Source: Octopus vulgaris
Taxonomy: Eukaryota
Length of the DNA: 64,000 nt
Direction of reading: 5' to 3'
NCBI GenBank assembly: GCA_951406725.2
Contig: OX597841.1
Coordinates: forward strand, 12,648,001 to 12,712,000
The number at the start of each line of letters is the position of its first letter. The stretch's first letter is position 1. A program made the position numbers and the translations under genes. The notes beneath the pieces were generated by a model. It had not been told where the DNA came from. It saw only the letters and a list, made by a program, of their open reading frames with translations, and searched no databases. Below are positions 54,864 to 64,000 of the stretch, piece after piece.

Positions 54864-55277
54864 AATAAATTAATAAATAAAACGTATGCATATATACATA
54901 TATATATATATGTACGTACCTACCTCTACATGTATATATACATGCATATATGGGTACAGGACACCAAAAAAAACGTTGAACACAATGAGAAACGAAAACA
55001 TAAACACAAAACCAAGGAACTGGACATTTTTTTAAACAACGAAAAAATAGAGTACAGGACGAATAACACAAGCAAAATTCCCCTTCTTCACTCGCCTTAG
55101 TTTCATCTACTCCACGTTTCGAAGGTCAAGGCGATACATGACTTCAATAAAACTTTCCTTCCCGTGAAAATCAAATTAAATAAATTTTGAGATTTTTTTG
55201 CGGAGGGGTAAAAATGGTAACAAAAACAGGACAGTAACGACAGTACAAAATATAAACAGTAAAGGACAGGACACGGA

Positions 55278-55339
<62 letters not shown>

Positions 55340-55399
55340 TTTATTATATAGAAGGAGTTTACAGGACTAGAACTGTTTCATTCAAGAGAAATCTTCAGG

Positions 55400-55448
55400 G
55401 CTTCCTGAAGATTTCTCTTGAATGAAACAGTTCTAGTCCTGTAGAAGC
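55400..55448 (+). ncRNA. Type I hammerhead ribozyme, second copy of the 43588 family, with an inverted copy immediately upstream
   Basis: GCTTC-CTGAAGA-TTTCTCTTGAAT-GAAACAG-TTCTAGTC-CTGTA^GAAGC. Differs from the 43588 copy only at the variable core position N7. Confidence 0.78.
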
Positions 55449-55532
55449 TCCTTCTATATAATAAATTATTTTTACTCTGCTATGTATTGAGTACCTTATT
55501 TACTGTGGTTAACCCCGAATCAACCCGGGACC

Positions 55533-55617
<85 letters not shown>

Positions 55618-56040
55618 GTAAATTGCTATGCAAAGCTAATCCACAGTTATCGGCTAGCTGATGTGCTGATGTCACCATAGGGAAATACTGGAAATGCTCT
55701 TGTTACTGGATATAAGTAATTCCATAGAACCCGTCAGAATTTATATAAATAAGAGAATGGACAGCAAAGGGAACGAATGGCATTCTCTACTCAAAATCAC
55801 TACAATTGCTTCGACCCATTTTCACACCTGTTTTACACAGGTGAGATGTTGTTCAATCCTCATCTTTCATCCTAGTTGCAAAATGCACCTCCCCAGGGGA
55901 TTATTTAAAGAAGCCTTTCGTCAGACCCTCTCGTCAATTCGCTCTGTTTGAGACCCAAAGTGATGTTTAATTTTCAGCAATTTACAGACCTAACTAAGTC
56001 CATAGATATAGTGGCAGAGAAAATACAATTATAATCAAAA

Positions 56041-56208
56041 TAGGTGCAGGAGTGGCTGTGTGGTAAGTAGCTTGCTTACCAACCACATGGTTTTGGGTTC
56101 AGTCCCACTGCGTGACATCTTGGGCAAGTGTCTTCTACTATAGCCCCGGGCCGACCAATGCCTTGTGAGTGGATTTGGTAGACGGAAACTGAAAAGAAGC
56201 CTGTCGTA

Positions 56209-56260
<52 letters not shown>

Positions 56261-57790
56261 TGTGTGTGTGTGTGTTTGTGTGTCTGTGTTTGTCCCCCTA
56301 GCATCGCTTGACAACCGATGCTGGTGTGTTTACGTCCCCGTCACTTAGCGGTTCGGCAAAAGTGACCGATAGAATAAGTACTGGGCTAACAAAGAATAAG
56401 TCCCGGGGTCGAGTTGCTCGACTAAAGGCGGTGCTCCAGCATGGCCGCAGTCAAATGACTGAAACAAGTAAAAGAGTAAAAGAGTAAAATAAAAAAAAGT
56501 AAAGAGAACACAAGAAACAGCCCAAAATATTAAGGGTCAGGTTGATTACAAAACTGCAATTCTATCTTCATGGTCAGATTATAAGGGTTATCAGGAGGAC
56601 AGTGCAAAAGAAGACGAAGAATAAAGCATGTGGTTGGGAAGCAAGCTACTTACCACACAGTCACTCCTGCAATCCCCCCCCTCTCTCTCTATTACTCTTT
56701 TACACTTTTACTTGTTTCAGTCATTTGACTGCGGCCATGCTGGAGCACCGCCTTCTAGTCGAGTAAATCGACCCCGGGACTTATTCTTTGTAAGCCTAGT
56801 ACTTATTCTATCGGTCTCTTTTGCCGAACCGCTAAGTAACGGGGACGTAAACACACCAGCATCGGTTGTCAAGCAATGCTAGGGGGACAAACACAGACAC
56901 ACAAACACACACAAGCATATATATATATACATATATACGACGGGCTTCTTTCAGTTTCCGTCTACCAAATCCACTCACAAGGCTTCGGTTTGCCCGAGGC
57001 TATAGTAGAAGACACTTGCCCAAGATGCCAAACAGTGGGACTGAACCCGGAACCATGTGGTTGGTAAACAAGCTACTCACCACACAGCCACTCCTGCGCC
57101 TTAAGACCAAACGGGTACGGGCGTCGCCATATATTTATGTATATGTAAAAAAATACAAACTGGGACAAGAACGCAAAACATTTAGAAGACAATACAAAAA
57201 ACACGGACGGGACATTCGAAGCCTTCAATCTTCAGTCAAGAACCGGATCATCCTCGCAATCTCAGATTAATCAGCCGAAATTGCGAGGATGATCCGGTTC
57301 TTGACTGAAGATTGAAGGCTTCGAATGTCCCGTCCATGTTTTTTGTACATATATATAGGCGCAGGAGTGGCTGTGTGGTAAGTAGCTTGTTTACCAACCA
57401 CATGGTTCCGGGTTCAGTCCACTGCGTGGCATCTTGGGCAAGTGTCTTCTGCTATAGCCCCGGGCCGACCAATGCCTTGTGAGTGGATTTGGTAGACGGA
57501 AACTGAAAGAAGCCTGTCGTATATATGTATATATATATATGTATGTATGTGTGTGTGTATGTTTGTGTGTCTGTGTTTGTCCCCCTAGCATTGCTTGACA
57601 ACCGATGCTGATGTGTTTACGTCACCGTCACTTAGCGATGTTGGTGTGTTTACGTCTCCGTAAGCTAGCGGTTCAGCAAAAGAAATCGATAGAATAAGTA
57701 CTAAGCTCAAATTATAATTGCGGTCGATTCGTTCGACCAAAAGGTAGTGCTCCAGCATGGCCGCAGTCACGTGACTGAAACAAGTAAAAG
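56041..57790. mobile_element. Cluster of SINE family A copies (56041-56490 +, 56690-57100 -, 57357-57790 +)
   Basis: Direct match to the family. Confidence 0.9.
57193..57347. repeat. 68-bp near-perfect inverted repeat with 19-nt spacer
   Basis: Arms 57193-57260 and 57280-57347, one mismatch seen. Confidence 0.92.
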
Positions 57791-57977
57791 AATAAGATTA
57801 CATACACACACACACATATACATATATATATATACACACACACACATATATATATACATATATATATACACACACACACATATTTATACATATACACACA
57901 TATATATATATATAATATATATATATATATACATATATATATACATACATATATATACATATATATATATGTGTGTA

Positions 57978-58009
<32 letters not shown>

Positions 58010-58032
58010 CATATATATATATACATATAATG

Positions 58033-58086
<54 letters not shown>

Positions 58087-58208
58087 TAGGCGTGGCTATA
58101 GCCGCAGGCGTGGCTCTTTGGTAAGAGATTTATTTCCAGACCCCATGGTTGCGGGTTCAGCCCTACTGCGGGGGTACTTTGGGCAAATGTCTTCTACTGT
58201 AGCCTCAC

Positions 58209-58381
58209 CAGGGCCGGCTCAAGTACCGGCAACTGGGGCAGTCGCCCGGGAGCGCCATGTGCTAGGGGGTGGCAAGGAGGGCGTGACAAGGAGAATGAAA
58301 TTTCCACGACCGTCAGCCTTTACACACCGAAGTTCAGCTTGCTGAGAGGGGGGGGTTCCAGCAACCCTAGGGCCGGCTCTG
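58209..58381. mobile_element. hAT-type MITE inserted in an old SINE A copy (about 58088-58720)
   Basis: Termini CAGGGCCGGCTC and GGGCCGGCTCTG, with an imperfect 8-bp target duplication AGCCTCAC/AGCCTCCG. Confidence 0.8.
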
Positions 58382-58459
58382 AGCCTCCGGGTGACCAAAG
58401 TCTTGTGAGTGGATTTGATAGACAGAAACCGAAAGAAGCCCGTCTATCTATCTAGATAA

Positions 58460-58515
<56 letters not shown>

Positions 58516-59145
58516 TGAAATATGTGTCTTTGTGTTTGTCTCGGTGTTGGTGTGTTTACGTCCCCGTAAGTGAGCGGTTCGGCAAAAGGAGAACCATAGC
58601 TTAAGTATCAGGATTTTTTTTTTTAAATAATAAATATAGGGGTTGATTTGTTAGACTAGAAGTTCTTCATGGCGGTGCCCCAGCATGGCCACAACCAAAT
58701 GAAGGGAAGATATAGATAAAAGATATATACAACCATAGACACACACGTATTCCCATACACACACACACACACACATCGTCACGGAAACCGTTTCTGTTGA
58801 GGGAAGACGAGGGAAAGTATTAAAACCATTTACTCACACACACAAAATTTAATAAACACACACACACACATACACGTGTATACACCTATACATACATAGA
58901 CACACACATAAACAACAGACGCACAAATGCACCTTCATACACGCACATGGAAGCACAATAATACATTCACACACACACACATACGTATATATATATATAT
59001 ACTTAGCGGTTCGGCAAAAGAGACCGATGGAATAAGTACTGGGCTTACAAAGAATAAGTCCCGGGGTTGAGTTGCTCGACTAAAGGCGGTGCTCCAGCAT
59101 GGCCGCAGTCAAATGACTGAAACAAGTAAAAGAATATATATATAC

Positions 59146-59242
<97 letters not shown>

Positions 59243-59279
59243 TATATATACTTATATATATATATATATACATATATAT

Positions 59280-59326
<47 letters not shown>

Positions 59327-59410
59327 TACACACATATACGTACATATATTCACTTTAAAAGTGTCTGTGTATATACATACGTATTCTATTAAAATGTGCT
59401 TACATATATA

Positions 59411-59441
<31 letters not shown>

Positions 59442-60168
59442 TATACATACATATATATATATATCATTATTATTATTATATTTGTTTATTTCTACGCATA
59501 TATAACAACATAGAAGCGCATAGGTACGTATATAGATTACAAACACATTCTCGGTCGTATACAGACACACCCACACATAGCCACACCCACACTCAAAGAC
59601 ACACACACACACAACCACACAGCTTGGTACAACTACGTACAGGGAAACAAACACACAACCTCATTCACACAGAAACAGAACCACCACGACACACGCACGC
59701 ACGCACACATACACACACACGCAACAAATCGTCATCACACAAGCCCCTCCTCCCTCGCCTCCACTCCCCCCCCCGCCCTTCGCTGCACGCCCGTTTCAGG
59801 CACACACACACACACGCGCACGCACACACACACACACGCGCACACACACATCCTTCCAACCTTTTAACCACAGCTTCACTCACACTCACACTCACACTCC
59901 ACACCGACACTCACACTCAACAGTCTCACCACTCAACGCAACCTCACGCATTCTCACCCTCCAACCTTCCACCGCCATTCCTCAGACACCGCAGACAGAC
60001 AAAGAGAGAGAGAGAGAGAGGAACCGAGCATCTCCACCACCACCACCGCCGCCTCCGCCACCACCGCCGCCTCTACCGCCTCCTCCGCCGCCGCCTCCCA
60101 CCGCTGGCCAATGGCCAACCCTAAACCCGTCGCCTCCACTTCGCTCCGATGGCTCTCATTACACCACA

Positions 60169-60309
60169 ATGCGATATTTCTCGCTGCGCTTTTCGCCGCT
60201 CCTCATCGTACAACTGATATTACTGGATCACCTAACGACCACCACCTCGGATATAGCAGCGGGCAGCGGCCCGAATAGGCGGCCCGACCAATGTGAACTT
60301 TCATCAGAT
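60169..60309 (+). CDS. Putative first coding exon of a secreted or membrane protein (signal peptide)
   Basis: CpG-rich unique sequence, ACAATG start. MRYFSLRFSPLLIVQLILLDHLTTTTSDIAAGSGPNRRPDQCELSSD then donor GAT|GTACGT. No downstream exon found in the window. Confidence 0.45.
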
Positions 60310-60409
60310 GTACGTATTACCACCCCCTCCCCCTCCCCAACCGCTCACCTTTCTTTCTTTCTTTCTTTCTTTCTCAAACATTTTTCGACCCGTTTTTTTC
60401 TTTCAGTTG

Positions 60410-60890
60410 TTGTTGATGTTTAGCCCCAGGCCAGGCCTGATCTTAGCAAACCTATGATCAAAGATGTTCCAACTCTGACCACCCCATCTTTTATTCAGAC
60501 ACAATGTCCTGCCTTGCCTTTGTTTAGCCCCAGGCTGTCCTGATCCTACAAGACCTATGATCAAAGATGACCGTTCCGTCTTTTAATCAGACATAGTGTA
60601 TCTAGGACTACATTATCCAATGTGTCCTGCCTTGCCTTTGTTTAACCCCAGGCTGTTCTGATCCTACAAGACCTATGATCAAAAATGACCCTCCCATCTA
60701 TTCAAACATAGTGTATCTAGGACTACATGATCTAATGTGTTCTTCTTTGTTGTTTAGCCCCAGATCAGTCCTGTCCCAGTAAACCTATGATCAAAGACAT
60801 ACCACATGTGACCACTATTTCTCTTGTGTCCTTTACATTGAGACAGCAGAATATGATTTGGGGAAGGACGTGGCTGTTGTTTCTAGCATG
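60410..60890 (-). repeat. Family E repeat with 3' unit in tandem x4
   Basis: Units begin TTTARCCCCAG at about 60419, 60523, 60641 and 60753. Confidence 0.8.
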
Positions 60891-61380
60891 TATTGCTGGA
60901 CGGGTTTAGACAAAACTTAGTTAACGGCATGTGCGTGTGTGTGTGTGTGTGTATGATTGCACACTATGTGCTTGTGTTTATGTGTGCGTATACGACTCTG
61001 CACATGTGTGTGTGTGTGTATGTTATTTATGTCAGTTCAAACGTTCTTTCTGTGTGTGTGTGTATGTTGCATATGTGTGCGTGCGTGTTTGTGTGTGTGT
61101 GTGTGTGTGTGTGAAATGGTGTTTTCGGACGGTTCGATCTGTGCAAACAACTTTTAGTAACTGAAGTGAATTGCTCCCTTGTTCAGTCTAACCATCCATC
61201 GCTCTGTTTGTATATCAATCTATCTACCCAGGTGTCCATTGGTTTATCTATCTGTCTATCTATCTATCTATCTATCTATCCATCCATCTATCTAACAAGC
61301 TATCTATCTTTCTATCTAACAATCTATCTATGTCTAACTATCTATCTGTCTATCTATCTATCTCTCTGTCTATCTATCTG

Positions 61381-61447
<67 letters not shown>

Positions 61448-62255
61448 ATCTAACAATCTATCTATGTCTAACTATCTATCTCACCGTCCGTCTGTCTATA
61501 TGACTGTCTTTCTCTCTCTCTCTCTGTCTATCTATCTACTAATGTATGTAAGTATCTCTCTATCTACCAATCCATTTATCTATGTCTTTCTATCTACTTG
61601 TCTTTCTTTCTGTCTATCTACCTATTTATCTATCCGTTCGTCAGTCTGTCTATCTTTCTCTCTCTCTATCTATGAATGCATGTATGTATTTATCTCTCTA
61701 TTTACCAATCCATCTATCTACTTGCCTGTCTGTCTATCTATATATCTATTTATGAATGTATCTATCGATCGATCTATCTACCTACCTACCTACCCGTTTA
61801 TTTACCTATCTACCTAACTAGCTATCCGTGTATCTCTCTCTCTCTCTCTCACTCTCTTTCTATACATACATACATGTGTATATACATATATACATACCTG
61901 CCAATATACTGCCTATCAATCCCTTTCCTTTCTCTCTCTCGATCTATCGTCTCACCTACCTACCTACCTACATACATACATACAAACCAACCAACCAGTC
62001 AGTATGTCTGTGTGTGTGTCTCTCTCTCCCACCCCACCCCCACTCCTAACCCCCTCCCCTCATTCTAGTATTTCCCCCAGATAAAAATGTCCCCTTCACA
62101 AGTACACAAAACCCATCTTTATGTTTGTCCAAAACATCCCCCTGTATTTGTAAAACTATCGGTGGACAGCTCACCACCACCACTGCCACCACTACATACC
62201 TAGCTACCGACACGACCACCACACCACTTCCACCCCACTCCACACCACCCCGATG

Positions 62256-62297
<42 letters not shown>

Positions 62298-62650
62298 GCT
62301 ATGTATACTCAGCTACCTATATGTCACCTTATCTACACCCCACCACCACCACCAACTCCACCGCTACCCAGCAGGGTACCAACACCTACCCCCATCATCT
62401 CTGCCTCTATACCCGAGTTACAATGCTACCGCCGACGCCGCCGTCCTCGTCGTCGCCACGGCTAGCACTTGGGTACCGCAAGCTATCTACTACAAACATC
62501 GTCACTCTACACACTACAGTATACTATGTATGTATGTATATATGTATGTATATATATATATATATATATATATAGTGTGTGTGTGTGTATGTATGTATGT
62601 ATATACATATATACGTATATATATATATATATATATACATGAATGTAAAA

Positions 62651-62724
<74 letters not shown>

Positions 62725-62774
62725 ATACATATATACGTATATATATATATATATATATATACATGAATGTAAAA

Positions 62775-62811
<37 letters not shown>

Positions 62812-63081
62812 AACACTAATACATTCATGTTTATATATATTTGTGTGTGTGTATAAATACATCCATGCATGCTTATATAAATGTATGTGTGTGTGTATGT
62901 ATATATACACTTATACATTCATGTATATATATATCTATATATACATATATACATCCATGCATATATATATATAAACATGCGTATTTGTCTTTACGTGTGT
63001 ATTTATTTATACATATCTATGTATATGTTTATTTAGGTATATATCTATATGTATGTGTAAAAATATACATTTATATGTATA

Positions 63082-63113
<32 letters not shown>

Positions 63114-63523
63114 ACTATACATACACACACACACAGAGCTTACACGCGCTACAAATTCGTACTTATCCACACTCGTATACAAGTGTGTATACAAACACAG
63201 ACACACACATATACTATACATACAGTTGCACACATGGACACCTCTACCCCCCCTCAAATCAAACATCAGGTTCGGGGTGGAGGGCAGATTTGTTAAATTG
63301 CTTCCAGATTCCGTGTAAATGGGAAAAAAAAACTGGATGGTCACGGATGGAATCACTTGGATCATAGGCTGGCGTGTTATCCATTGGAGCTGAACCGGGG
63401 ACAAACCACAGCAAAACACTTAACAAGTCGCCTTCAATACTCAGAAGGTCCGTCATTTGATGGAATTATAAACAAATATCTACTTTTATATACACGCATG
63501 TCGGTACGTGTGCGCACGAGGAC

Positions 63524-63560
<37 letters not shown>

Positions 63561-63569
63561 CATACACAT

Positions 63570-63930
63570 AGGCGCAGGAGTGGTTCCAGGTTCAGTCCCA
63601 CTGCATGGCACCTTGGGCAAGTGTCTTCCACAATAGGCCGACCAAAGCCTTGTCAGTGGATTTGGTAGACGGAAACTGAAAGAAGCCCGTCGTATATATG
63701 TATATGTATATATGTATGTGTGTGTGTGTTTGTGTTTGTCCCCCCCCCCCCCAACATCGCTTGACAACCGATGCTGGTGTGTTTACGTCCCCGTAACTTA
63801 GCAGTTCGGCAAAAGAGACCGATAGAATAAGTACTAGACTTACGAAGAATAAGTCCTGGGGTCGATTTTTTTCGACTAAAAGGCAGTGCTCCAGCATGGC
63901 CACAGTCAAATGATTGAAACAAGTAAAAGA
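63570..63930 (+). mobile_element. SINE family A
   Basis: Direct match to the family. Confidence 0.88.
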
Positions 63931-64000
63931 AAAAATATATATGTGTGTGTGTGTCTGTGTTTGTCCCCCCCCCCCAATACCATCATCGCTTGACAACGAA

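Noticed and set aside
55105-55160. Minus-strand hammerhead-like stem II plus GAAACGT
   Set aside because: The core 5' half and stem I are not recognisable.
57280-57340. Hammerhead at CTGAAGA...GAAT
   Set aside because: GAAT instead of GAAA and no stem I pairing.
60410-60830. CRISPR-like array
   Set aside because: Whole units are duplicated with no unique spacers, there are no cas genes, and the context is eukaryotic.

Overview
Repeat-rich, AT-rich animal genomic DNA. The SINE set and extreme microsatellite load suggest an octopus or other coleoid cephalopod (inference). Bases 1-11.7 kb hold the 3' part of a + strand large lipid transfer protein gene (apolipophorin/vitellogenin-like). I assembled 12 exons by hand with GT-AG sites and consistent phases: about 1563 aa in the window, ending in VWD and C8 domains, followed by a poly(A) signal. 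The other ~52 kb is mostly tRNA-derived SINEs of several families, mariner/maT relics, RTE and R4/Dong LINE fragments, a hAT MITE and microsatellites. A possible signal-peptide first exon of a second gene lies at 60169. Nearly all ORFs in the supplied track beyond 12 kb are microsatellite or SINE artefacts. The most notable hidden signal is at least three unrelated families of short non-coding elements carrying type I hammerhead ribozymes and running into (TA)n tracts, probably Penelope-like terminal repeats. There are also several near-perfect fold-back duplications and a mariner-LINE-SINE chimera. All alignments and folds were done by eye and no database was searched.
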